From a phage: 64,000 nt of DNA. Below the pieces are notes generated by a model, which saw nothing but the letters and a program-made list of their open reading frames with translations, had not been told where the DNA came from and made no database searches. Positions 19,402 through 28,340 of this stretch are shown piece by piece. Location: sequence record PZ445449.1; one strand, 5' to 3'. Within the stretch, counting starts at the first letter, position 1. Every line of letters begins with the position of its first letter. Both the position numbers and the translations under genes were made by a program.

Positions 19402-20442
19402 TTATTTAACGTGTTTGAAAATACCTGCCAACTCGGTCATTGTCATGCGGGTGGTCTTCATAAGATCTGTCATAGCTTTCTCCATAATTGGAGATACTAC
19501 CATAAAGTTTCCTTTAGTGAAACCTTTATTCCAGTCGGTCACCAACAGGGGTTTAAGTCCAGCTCCAAGACGTTCACCAGTTAAAGCACAGCATTTGCGA
19601 ATATACGAACTCTTAAATTGGCTGAACGACAGATCAACTTTCATACCTGCATCGTAGAACGTTTGACAATAGAAAGTGTAAGCCTTAGCAATCTCAACAT
19701 CATCAGGCAGTGCAGGAACCTCTTCTGCAATCCCCTCTTCGACCTCCTGAGGCTCTTTTTCCTCTTCAGAGTTCTGTTCTTCAACTTCTTCTGTCACAGT
19801 CTCGTTCACGATGTCTGAAATGTGTTTGTTGGCTGCACGATCAGCCATGAAATTTTTAAAGTCCTGCATTGGTGACATATCTTCTTCCTCTTCGTCAAAT
19901 AGTGCTAGTTTATCCTCTTCCGTTCCATATTGCAAGATGAAATCTTCAAAAGTATAATCACCTTTCAATTTCTCCATACGCTCTTCGCTCAGGTGGAGCA
20001 TCATCTGCTGGACAATTTTTCGATCAGTTTCGTCTTTAATCAGGATTGCAGTCTTTTTATCTACCAGACAGTCTTTCAGAGCATTGCACCTCAACCCTAC
20101 CACACAACAATTGTCAATTGCGTAAGGGCCTTCATCATCTATACGCTCCAAAGATGGGTAGAAAGGATTCCCCAGCCCGTTTTCATCTGTGTGCATGTCA
20201 AAAGGTATAAGGGTATAGTCGCATACTCCATCTCCTAAAAGTTTTTTACCAAATAGGAGGTATTCTTCCCATGACAGGTCGAACTCTATATCTCGTTTCC
20301 GTGCGTTATTCTGTTTGCGTCTATATTTTTTGAGCAAGCGCTCTAACTCTTCTGGTGTATAATATTTTTCAAGATTCATGAGTCGTCTCTCGTGCTCTGT
20401 AAGTGAAGAAATCGTATCAATTGTCTCAACAGATGTCAACAT
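19402..20442 (-). CDS. hypothetical protein with internally duplicated domain and acidic linker
   Basis: ATG at 20442 (track start 20445 is TTG); N- and C-terminal segments resemble each other; central EEEED/EEVEEQNSEEEKE stretch. Confidence 0.5.
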   Translation of the reverse strand: MLTSVETIDTISSLTEHERRLMNLEKYYTPEELERLLKKYRRKQNNARKRDIEFDLSWEEYLLFGKKLLGDGVCDYTLIPFDMHTDENGLGNPFYPSLERIDDEGPYAIDNCCVVGLRCNALKDCLVDKKTAILIKDETDRKIVQQMMLHLSEERMEKLKGDYTFEDFILQYGTEEDKLALFDEEEEDMSPMQDFKNFMADRAANKHISDIVNETVTEEVEEQNSEEEKEPQEVEEGIAEEVPALPDDVEIAKAYTFYCQTFYDAGMKVDLSFSQFKSSYIRKCCALTGERLGAGLKPLLVTDWNKGFTKGNFMVVSPIMEKAMTDLMKTTRMTMTELAGIFKHVK

Positions 20443-20452
20443 CAAAAACGTG

Positions 20453-20481
20453 TTGACTTTACTCTAACTCTACAATATAGT
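20453..20481 (+). promoter_or_regulatory. sigma70-type promoter for rightward replication-module genes
   Basis: TTGACT - 17 nt - TATAGT in divergent intergenic region before 20522. Confidence 0.5.
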
Positions 20482-20521
20482 GCACCCATTCGAAAGAAAA
20501 CTAACATAGGAGCACTTACTT

Positions 20522-21421
20522 ATGGCAAATCTTAACAGTTTTAGTACGCGGTGGAAACAGGACATAACAACCAATCTTTCAGCTGGGGACATCCTTTCTG
20601 CAATTTACGAGGCTTTAGATGATAAAGCTACTTCAAAAGCGGTTTGTACCAACCCGCTAATTCCTGTAGTGATGAAGGTTATTGAGCGTAGATTGGTATC
20701 TGGGTCTGATAAGTGGACATATTTAGATAATGAAGGACACACCTATTCCAATGGGTACGTCGATATAAAAGTAGAATACGCGGTATCATACCGCCGGAGC
20801 GGTTCTGTAACTTTCAACTTCTCTGGAGGTTTTCGATCTCTGGCTACCTCACCTTTTGTTTCCTCAGAGGAGAAGTATGAGCTGCCATTTCTTTGGATGA
20901 TGGCTAACGCGACAGGAAAAACCCCCGTTAGCATCCGAGTAAAATACAACTACAACGGATCTAGTAAGATCTATGCCGAAAGTGTCTCAGCAAGTTTTTA
21001 TTTTGTGATGGGAGATGGAATCCTCAAACATATAAAGATGTGCGATATGCATGATGTTATAAATGAAGTGACTGATAAGAATGTTCTAGTGAAAGACCTC
21101 AACAATTTTTATACACCCGGAGACTATTACGTCAGCCGTCCACTGTGCATCTTTAATGCCGCACACCCTCTAGGTGAGTATTTGATCGCCAATAGCGATA
21201 TTGCCAATAACCGATTCGAGGTAGCAAGAGTTCAGAATGAGGTATTGACATCTTGCAAGAGTGGTGATAAGTTTACCGAAGAAGAGATGAGTGTTTTAGA
21301 AATGATGGGATATAAGTGTAGCCTTTGGGTAGATGAGGTGTTTAATGATTGCATCTATGGACAGGATATTTACCCATTAAAGAAGTATACTGATACAAGT
21401 TTAATTTATGCGAGGGTTTGA
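20522..21421 (+). CDS. hypothetical protein
   Basis: 299-aa ORF with AGGAG RBS, first gene after divergent promoter. Confidence 0.55.
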   Translation: MANLNSFSTRWKQDITTNLSAGDILSAIYEALDDKATSKAVCTNPLIPVVMKVIERRLVSGSDKWTYLDNEGHTYSNGYVDIKVEYAVSYRRSGSVTFNFSGGFRSLATSPFVSSEEKYELPFLWMMANATGKTPVSIRVKYNYNGSSKIYAESVSASFYFVMGDGILKHIKMCDMHDVINEVTDKNVLVKDLNNFYTPGDYYVSRPLCIFNAAHPLGEYLIANSDIANNRFEVARVQNEVLTSCKSGDKFTEEEMSVLEMMGYKCSLWVDEVFNDCIYGQDIYPLKKYTDTSLIYARV

Positions 21422-21696
21422 CTATGATGAAGGCATGTGGTAATGTATATTACGTCGGTGAACATGTTCAGGCAGACAGTGTGTGGAAATCTACTAAGTC
21501 CACCACTGACGATGCCTTTCTGAGTGGACTATGTTTCCCCAATCCGGGAGACATCCTCCCTCATCCTGGAGATTTTGTTGTCAACAAGATGGACGGTTAT
21601 ACCGTGTGCCTGATGGTTGAAAAAATCTTTTTAGACACTAGACACAATCACCGTCTTGTGTTAAAATTTCAAGAATGTAAAATGACAATTGCCTAA
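21418..21696 (+). CDS. hypothetical protein
   Basis: 92-aa ORF overlapping upstream stop. Confidence 0.45.
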   Translation: MTMMKACGNVYYVGEHVQADSVWKSTKSTTDDAFLSGLCFPNPGDILPHPGDFVVNKMDGYTVCLMVEKIFLDTRHNHRLVLKFQECKMTIA

Positions 21697-21709
21697 GGAG
21701 ACCTTACCG

Positions 21710-22066
21710 ATGTCTAAAGTTACTTATCGTGCAGCTATTTACTGCAATGAACACCCAATCAACAATGATGGTCACTGCCTTTTTAAAGAAAATCAGTTGG
21801 GATGTATTGTCCTCCCTGATGAAGGGAAAGGTTATCTGATTGCATTGACAGGGTTTGAACCTGAAGCTCTGGAAGCCAATCTGGACTACCTGGTAGAAGA
21901 GGGTGCTGCAGACCTGGTTGCCAATGGCTTCTCCATAAGCCTTGACGAAGTGGAGCGCTTCATGGGCAATTACCGTGTAGTGCGTGAGTTTACTATCGAG
22001 GTGGAAACTCCAGAGTGGGGTAGCCATGAAACTAATGCCGAAGAAAAAGAAGAGGAGGTAGAATAA
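21710..22066 (+). CDS. hypothetical acidic protein
   Basis: ATG at 21710 preceded by AAGGAG; acidic C-terminus (EEKEEEVE). Confidence 0.5.
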   Translation: MSKVTYRAAIYCNEHPINNDGHCLFKENQLGCIVLPDEGKGYLIALTGFEPEALEANLDYLVEEGAADLVANGFSISLDEVERFMGNYRVVREFTIEVETPEWGSHETNAEEKEEEVE

Positions 22067-22323
22067 TGAAAGTGCAGATCTTGACTAATGCCGAGAAGAT
22101 GTTTATTGAAGATACACCTTTTGAAGCTGGTGAGCTCCAGTTCATTTATTTTGTTGACTTAGATAAGGTGTTCCCTGCACTGAATCTTGGTCTGGATGAA
22201 GTTCCTCATAAGGTTTTGTGCCAAGTTGTTCGTGCATTAGCGGCAGATGGGGAGTTCCACACCCTTGAAGATGTCCAGACCTACGGGTATCTTGAACTAC
22301 AACGAGAAGAAGAGGTGGACTGA
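22066..22323 (+). CDS. hypothetical acidic protein
   Basis: 85 aa, ATG overlapping upstream stop. Confidence 0.45.
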   Translation: MKVQILTNAEKMFIEDTPFEAGELQFIYFVDLDKVFPALNLGLDEVPHKVLCQVVRALAADGEFHTLEDVQTYGYLELQREEEVD

Positions 22324-22325
22324 TA

Positions 22326-22706
22326 ATGGCTCGGTGGAAGACAACAGTTGACCTTCATGATCAGTGGTTAGGACGCATCACTGAAGACGGGAAGCTAGTG
22401 GAGTGGGACAATAAGCATGTTAGCGAGTTGGCAAGTATTGTGGCTGGCAAGTTACGCTCCAAGTTCCCTGAACAACTGGATCCTGATAGTTCAAAGTTCG
22501 ATCCTGAGTTGGAGGATGTTGTATACTACTTCGACACCGTTGATGACTACGACGCGTGGTTTGCAGCACGGGAGCTTTACCCACAAGGCTCTGCTATGCG
22601 TCAGATGGAAGAAGATTATCCTCCGTGTGAGCAATTCAATAGTGCAATGACTTGCCTCTATGATTGGGCAGATAAGAACCTTGTCTGGATTCGGACTGCA
22701 TTTTAG
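22326..22706 (+). CDS. hypothetical protein
   Basis: 126-aa ORF. Confidence 0.45.
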   Translation: MARWKTTVDLHDQWLGRITEDGKLVEWDNKHVSELASIVAGKLRSKFPEQLDPDSSKFDPELEDVVYYFDTVDDYDAWFAARELYPQGSAMRQMEEDYPPCEQFNSAMTCLYDWADKNLVWIRTAF

Positions 22707-22750
22707 TGAGCAGGAATGGCGGCAAGGATGCTGCTTAAGGAGTAGTAGAG

Positions 22751-23020
22751 ATGTTATACCAGCAATATGAACTTCGTGCAGAAAAAGAGTTAAATTTTGA
22801 CAAAGATATTCACAGATATTATTATGGGAAAGTTAGAGGGCAAGCAAGAAAGTGTACTCCAACACTCTTTTATGCCAGCAGACGACTAGCGCCAGAAGAG
22901 GCAACAGCAGAAAGGGTTGCGTACAACTGGAGAGTCACGTATGATATTGACAGATCCGATGTGATATCTGTTTTGGAAAACTTTGAAAACACTTACACAC
23001 AAGTAGAGGACTTTTACTAA
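22751..23020 (+). CDS. hypothetical protein
   Basis: 89-aa ORF, stop overlaps next start. Confidence 0.45.
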   Translation: MLYQQYELRAEKELNFDKDIHRYYYGKVRGQARKCTPTLFYASRRLAPEEATAERVAYNWRVTYDIDRSDVISVLENFENTYTQVEDFY

Positions 23021-24204
23021 TGTCAAGAAACGTATTCGAAAGTGGTCAAATCGCTGTCCGTGAGTTGCCAGCTATTATTCAGTTTGCCCAACGTCATAGC
23101 CGATCTGTCCTAATTTTGGGACCAATGGGTGTGGGTAAAAGCCAGGTGATGAAGCAGATCGCTGATAATATGTTCGGTGAGCGAGATGACAACCTTGTTG
23201 ACGTGCGACTGTCAGATAAAGATCCTGCCGACTTATCTGGGCTACCTATCCCTGTAGAGGCGGATGGAACTACACGTACAGTGTTTGCAATTCCAGAATT
23301 TTGGCCTGCGGATCCTGACTGGAGCGGAATTATCTTTCTGGATGAGCTCACTCATGCAGATAACTACCTGCAAAAGGTTGCAATGCAAATTATGCTTGAC
23401 CACAAGTGCGGTACCTATGCATTCCCTAAGGGTTCTGTTTTTGTGGCTGCTGGTAACCGTTCTACAGATGGTGCGGTTCTTTCGGCGCTCGAAGCCCCTC
23501 TGGCTAACCGTTTTATCATTGTAGAGGTTACAAGCAATGCAGAGGTGTTTATTGAGGACTACGCATTCCTTAATGGGGTGCACTCCTCTGTAATTGGATA
23601 TCTGAAAAGAGTTCCATCAGCTATTGATAATTATGAGGCCATGGCTGAGATTAATTGTCCATCTTTTGCCACACCGCGATCTTGGGTTGCTGCATCTGAT
23701 ATCTTGCACGATTTTGACAGCGGTATTATTTCTGACGCTATGGCCCGTGTTCTTCTGCAAGGTGCTATTGGTCACACTGCAGCGGTAGAGATCTGGACAT
23801 ACCACACCAAGAAACGCAATTTACCTGAAATCGGTCGGATTATGGCAGGTGGTTGCAAAGAATACGTAGGTCCTAAGCAGCCAGACATTTTGTGGATTCT
23901 TGGATCTGAAGGTTGTATCGCTATTCGCAATATGATGGAAAATGCAAGTATCTCAGACGAAGATCTTGTCAGCTGCGTGGCAAACTTCCTCGATTTCCTT
24001 TGGGAAAACTTCAAGGACGAGAACCGAGATTTTGTATTCTCAGTCTTTATGGCGATGATGAAACCTAATGCCTTAGGAAATGCCTTGCTTATCGGTAAAG
24101 GGCGTGACAAGATTGTTGCTCAGCTGATCAAAGCATACCCAAACCTGATGAAGATTGTAAAAGAGTTTGGTGAAGAGTTTAGCGCCATTTTGGCTAAAGC
24201 TTAA
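23020..24204 (+). CDS. MoxR-like AAA+ ATPase
   Basis: 394 aa; Walker A GPMGVGKS, Walker B IIFLDEL, sensor AAGNRS. Confidence 0.75.
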   Translation: MSRNVFESGQIAVRELPAIIQFAQRHSRSVLILGPMGVGKSQVMKQIADNMFGERDDNLVDVRLSDKDPADLSGLPIPVEADGTTRTVFAIPEFWPADPDWSGIIFLDELTHADNYLQKVAMQIMLDHKCGTYAFPKGSVFVAAGNRSTDGAVLSALEAPLANRFIIVEVTSNAEVFIEDYAFLNGVHSSVIGYLKRVPSAIDNYEAMAEINCPSFATPRSWVAASDILHDFDSGIISDAMARVLLQGAIGHTAAVEIWTYHTKKRNLPEIGRIMAGGCKEYVGPKQPDILWILGSEGCIAIRNMMENASISDEDLVSCVANFLDFLWENFKDENRDFVFSVFMAMMKPNALGNALLIGKGRDKIVAQLIKAYPNLMKIVKEFGEEFSAILAKA

Positions 24205-24214
24205 GGGGGGTTGT

Positions 24215-24595
24215 ATGGCTAAAGTAGGTAAGCGGGGAAACTACCTGGTGGTATTGACCGAGGAGCCGGAGAAGGAGTACGAATGCAGCTCCACTTGCGT
24301 GATCGATATCCGAGAAAAAGATGTAGATGAAATCTGGTTTAAAATATTGGACGCTTGCGACAGCAGTGATTATTTCTTCATCTATGTCAACGATAAGGCT
24401 GGGTTCTTCCATGACGACGGAGAGTTGCCGTATGAAATCTATGAACTTGTAGAGGCTTGCCATCGTGGAGATGCGGAGTTGTTTGGCTTACGGCTGAAAA
24501 GCGGTAAATTCTTCTATCAAGATGAGTGCATGAATCTTCATAACTTTGTAGAGGGAACTTGCAACGATGGAGAGATTTTGGCACACTACGATTAA
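24215..24595 (+). CDS. hypothetical protein
   Basis: ATG at 24215 with GGGGGG RBS (track start 24167 is upstream alternative). Confidence 0.5.
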   Translation: MAKVGKRGNYLVVLTEEPEKEYECSSTCVIDIREKDVDEIWFKILDACDSSDYFFIYVNDKAGFFHDDGELPYEIYELVEACHRGDAELFGLRLKSGKFFYQDECMNLHNFVEGTCNDGEILAHYD

Positions 24596-24605
24596 TTTCT
24601 AAGAC

Positions 24606-24636
24606 CTCCCCCGCTTCGGCGGGGATTTTCTATTTG
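24606..24636 (+). terminator. intrinsic terminator
   Basis: CCCCGC-ttcg-GCGGGG hairpin followed by ATTTTCTATTT. Confidence 0.6.
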
Positions 24637-24644
24637 GAGTTATT

Positions 24645-25145
24645 GTGAAAATTAAGATCTTTGCTATTATTTTGAGCGCATTTTTATCGCTGCCTGTTGT
24701 TGCAGCACCAAAACAAAAAGTATACCATACTTGCAAGCCATCAGATACTAAGGAAAACATTCTAGCATGCAATATCTACAGGGAAGCTAGAGGGGATGGC
24801 ACGATGGGTATGCTGGCATCTGGGTTTGCCACCCTAAACAGGAAATCTCACCCCAAATACCCAGACACCATAAGAAAGATTGTCTACCAACCTAACCAGT
24901 TTTCGTGGACAAACCACGGCAAAACTTTTAAGGTGACAGAAAAAGATTCATGGGATCACGCTAAAAGTCTTGCAAAGATGCTTCTAAAGGTCTATAATAA
25001 CAACCATGTTGCATACATGGCTATGGACATAACAGGTGGAGCAACACACTACCATACAACCAAAGTACGACCGAAATGGGCAAAAAAGATGCAGAGGACA
25101 GCTCAATTCGGGAGCCATATCTACTACAAGGAGCGCAATAAATGA
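24645..25145 (+). CDS. secreted cell-wall hydrolase, SleB/CwlJ-like family
   Basis: 166 aa; N-terminal signal-peptide-like segment MKIKIFAIILSAFLSLPVVAAP; motifs NIYREARGD and VYQPNQFSW characteristic of SleB/CwlJ hydrolases. Confidence 0.6.
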   Translation: MKIKIFAIILSAFLSLPVVAAPKQKVYHTCKPSDTKENILACNIYREARGDGTMGMLASGFATLNRKSHPKYPDTIRKIVYQPNQFSWTNHGKTFKVTEKDSWDHAKSLAKMLLKVYNNNHVAYMAMDITGGATHYHTTKVRPKWAKKMQRTAQFGSHIYYKERNK

Positions 25146-27124
25146 TTGTAAACAGTAATGAAACTAAAGCAGTGCTAACCGGAAATATGGAGGTCACCAG
25201 GGGCTCAATTTCTCTTAACAAAGAGACTTTTGGGCTAATCATTAAAGGGATTTACGAAGATAAGGTGCTGGCAAGCTGCCGTGAACCAATCTTCAATGCT
25301 GTGGACTCTCATGTTGAGTCTGGACGGGGTGATGTGCCGATCATTATTCACTCTCCTACAGACCTTGAACCATACTTCTTTGTGCAGGACGTTGGATTGG
25401 GCATGTCAGAAGAGATGGTCCGCAACACTTTCATGAACCTCGGTGAGTCAACCAAGCGCAACAGCAACGCTCTGGTTGGCAATAAAGGTGTTGGTTCAAA
25501 GGCTCCGTTCAGCATGGTGGACACTTTCGATGTTATCAGTGTGCACAATGGTATTGAAAGCACATATCTATTGTTCTTGGATCAGGGTATCCCAAACGTT
25601 ACCAAGATCCGCGAGCGGAAGACTGAAGAGCACAACGGGGTAAAAGTTCAGTTCCATGTTAAGAAAGAGCATGTCCTGAAATATCGCACTGCTATTGCAT
25701 CGTGCTTACGCTATGCGAAGTTTCCGTTCATCGTCACCGATCCCATGACCAGTAAGATGTTAGAAGGTGACAAGGTTGAGGCACAGTATCATTACGAGAA
25801 GGATGGCTGGAAAATGACCATCCTGAAAGGTTATACCAGTTCTGATGAGAGCCGTGTTGTGATGGGTCACCAACCTTACCGCTCCAAGTTCCTGGAGACA
25901 TTGACCGATTACCCTGCAATCTGCGTGGAAATTCCTATTGGGGATTGCAATATTAACCCTGGGCGTGAATGGACCATAGAGGGCCATGACGACGGTGGAT
26001 TCCAGGATCGCCTGGAGGCATTTGTCAAAGAAGGTATACGTCTTCGCGGGGCAGAAGTTGTTGCAGAACTGGAGACGGCAAAAACCTCCGCAGAAGCACG
26101 TGAAATGATGAAGAATAGTGGAGTGTTCGGACACATCTTCGGCAAGAACTTTATGTGGAACCGTTGGGAAGAAACAGGGCTTGGCGACTTAGGCGATTGT
26201 GAAATTTTCGCTGGCGGCTTAAATAAAGGCCGCATAGGCTATGCTTGTTACGGAAAGTCGGAGTTCTTACGAGGTGTATACCTTGTATTTAACGACGGAG
26301 ACGGCAAATATAACCGGAATAAGTGTAACTACTTAAGCGAGATCACCGGACGCAACGTTTTCTATTGCCGGAACACGGATCTGGTGAAAGAGTTTAAAGA
26401 GGCGGCACACCATCCGTTCTTTGCAGATACGGTCAAATTGTTATCGGAGCTTCCACGCCGACCTGCGAAGAAAGGTGAAACCAAAACTCGTTACGAGCCA
26501 GGCTACTGGGTTAAGAAGCTTAGAGAGGATGGCTACTTCCATCGTGAGCGCCTCACGAAGGCAGAGTTCAAGAAGATTAAGCATTGCATCCCTTATGAGG
26601 GGGATATCCAACGGGGAAGCTGCTGGCTGGGCCAGATGAGTAACATCTACCAGCAAAATTATGACCGTGTGCGTGCTGCACTCCAGATTCCTGAAGGTGA
26701 AGATCTGTACCTGGTATCAGAATCTCGTCTGCTTTGGACTGATCCTGATTGCCAGTATGTTACAGAGAAGAATGTGGAACATTTGTTGAAAGAGGATGCT
26801 TGGAAATTCTTACTGACTCGCGCAGCAAATGAAACTTCATATGACAGCCTGTATAGACAATTAGGGAAAATTATCCCCATGCAGGATTTTGGAAATTATC
26901 GGCCACATTTCCACAAGTGGGAAGGTAACACCACGTGGAAGCACAGTGAGCTAAATCATCGTGCCAAAATCTTAATCGCCAACCTAGTTAAATGCGGGAA
27001 GGCCTATATTGCAAGATTGGAAAAGAAATACCCACTTTTGAAGCATGTAGGCTTGAAATATTGGGACACCCCTGCTATGATTGAATACCGTGAGCTGATT
27101 GATACAAAGAATAACACCAAATAA
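25142..27124 (+). CDS. GHKL-type ATPase-domain protein (Hsp90/MutL/MORC-like ATP-binding fold)
   Basis: 660 aa; N-box-like FNAVDS, G1 box VQDVGLGM followed by ...NLGESTK..., G2 box GNKGVGSKA, in canonical order; rest of protein unrecognised. Confidence 0.6.
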   Translation: MIVNSNETKAVLTGNMEVTRGSISLNKETFGLIIKGIYEDKVLASCREPIFNAVDSHVESGRGDVPIIIHSPTDLEPYFFVQDVGLGMSEEMVRNTFMNLGESTKRNSNALVGNKGVGSKAPFSMVDTFDVISVHNGIESTYLLFLDQGIPNVTKIRERKTEEHNGVKVQFHVKKEHVLKYRTAIASCLRYAKFPFIVTDPMTSKMLEGDKVEAQYHYEKDGWKMTILKGYTSSDESRVVMGHQPYRSKFLETLTDYPAICVEIPIGDCNINPGREWTIEGHDDGGFQDRLEAFVKEGIRLRGAEVVAELETAKTSAEAREMMKNSGVFGHIFGKNFMWNRWEETGLGDLGDCEIFAGGLNKGRIGYACYGKSEFLRGVYLVFNDGDGKYNRNKCNYLSEITGRNVFYCRNTDLVKEFKEAAHHPFFADTVKLLSELPRRPAKKGETKTRYEPGYWVKKLREDGYFHRERLTKAEFKKIKHCIPYEGDIQRGSCWLGQMSNIYQQNYDRVRAALQIPEGEDLYLVSESRLLWTDPDCQYVTEKNVEHLLKEDAWKFLLTRAANETSYDSLYRQLGKIIPMQDFGNYRPHFHKWEGNTTWKHSELNHRAKILIANLVKCGKAYIARLEKKYPLLKHVGLKYWDTPAMIEYRELIDTKNNTK

Positions 27125-27134
27125 GGAGATAGTT

Positions 27135-28340
27135 ATGATTTTCATCTACGAACACTTCAAAACTCGTAAAGAAGCACGCGACCGCCGTGCAGAACTTGAG
27201 AAGAAGGGTTTCACATGTGCCATTGAGAAAGGCGACACAACCTGGACACTGGCAGTTGGTGCCCCAGAGTTGTTCGATCCTGACCGTGACAGCGTCTGCT
27301 ACACCCGTGAGGATTTTGAAACCCGTGAAGAGGCCCGTCTATTTCGATATGGGCTGGAAGATAATGGTAAGTACGCCATGATCTTAGACTTAGGCGAAGG
27401 TTCCGTTAAACGTTGGGGCGTGGTATACCCACTGTGTGTTGTTCACGGTGTGGGGTTCACTGGGGTGGCAATCAAGTCAGAAGAACCTTTAGTAGAAGTC
27501 AAAGACCCGGTGCTGGAGGTGGTGAGCAGTGTGTCTCAGCAACAGACTCGAAGCATCGAGCCTTTAGTAGTTATTTGTGGGGAACTCCTCCAGATCACCT
27601 GCAACGAAGGCATTTTTGAAATTCGCCGCAGCGAAAGTGAGGAAGTTTACCAGAAAGTCTTCGACCATATCTCTGTTCAGGAATATGATGAGGCAATTGG
27701 TGAAATCCTTGTCTGGCTGGAACGCAAGAATGAGTTCACCACACTTGCAGACAACCTGATCATGAAAGATGGTAAGCTCTACTACTACGGTGTAGAGATG
27801 CGATCCACCATTGCAAAGAAAATTGAGAAAGACTATGCAGACGGAACACTGGATGACCGCTATGTGAAATTCCTCGTTCGCCTGCTACGCAATCCTTCTG
27901 CAAAATCTGTAAACATGCTCTACGATTTTATGCAGGCCAACGATATCCAGATTGCAGAAGATGGTCGAATCATTTGCTACAAAGGGGTTCAGTTTAACGG
28001 CAGCAAGTGGGTGGATTGGCACAGTGGTAAAGTTCCACAATACCAGGGTGCTTTTGTATCCATGCCTCGTAACTTTGTAGAGGATGATCCTGAAGCTGCG
28101 TGCTCCTATGGCTTACACTGCGCCAGCAAGGAGTATGCAAAGAGCTACGGCACTGTAATGACTGTCATGGTTGACCCTGCAGATGTGGTTAGTGTGCCAT
28201 ACCAACACAATAGCGCTAAGTGCCGTGCATGCCGCTATGAGATTGTGGTAGCTCCGGAAGCACGCAAGGACGGAGACCCGATTGAATACGTGGTTGACCG
28301 AGACGGTAACACTATCGACATTCTTTACGAGGAGGCGTAA
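27135..28340 (+). CDS. hypothetical protein with duplicated N-terminal motif
   Basis: ATG at 27135 with AAGGAG RBS; repeated F-x-TR-x-EAR ... G segments near N-terminus; no recognisable catalytic motif. Confidence 0.55.
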   Translation: MIFIYEHFKTRKEARDRRAELEKKGFTCAIEKGDTTWTLAVGAPELFDPDRDSVCYTREDFETREEARLFRYGLEDNGKYAMILDLGEGSVKRWGVVYPLCVVHGVGFTGVAIKSEEPLVEVKDPVLEVVSSVSQQQTRSIEPLVVICGELLQITCNEGIFEIRRSESEEVYQKVFDHISVQEYDEAIGEILVWLERKNEFTTLADNLIMKDGKLYYYGVEMRSTIAKKIEKDYADGTLDDRYVKFLVRLLRNPSAKSVNMLYDFMQANDIQIAEDGRIICYKGVQFNGSKWVDWHSGKVPQYQGAFVSMPRNFVEDDPEAACSYGLHCASKEYAKSYGTVMTVMVDPADVVSVPYQHNSAKCRACRYEIVVAPEARKDGDPIEYVVDRDGNTIDILYEEA

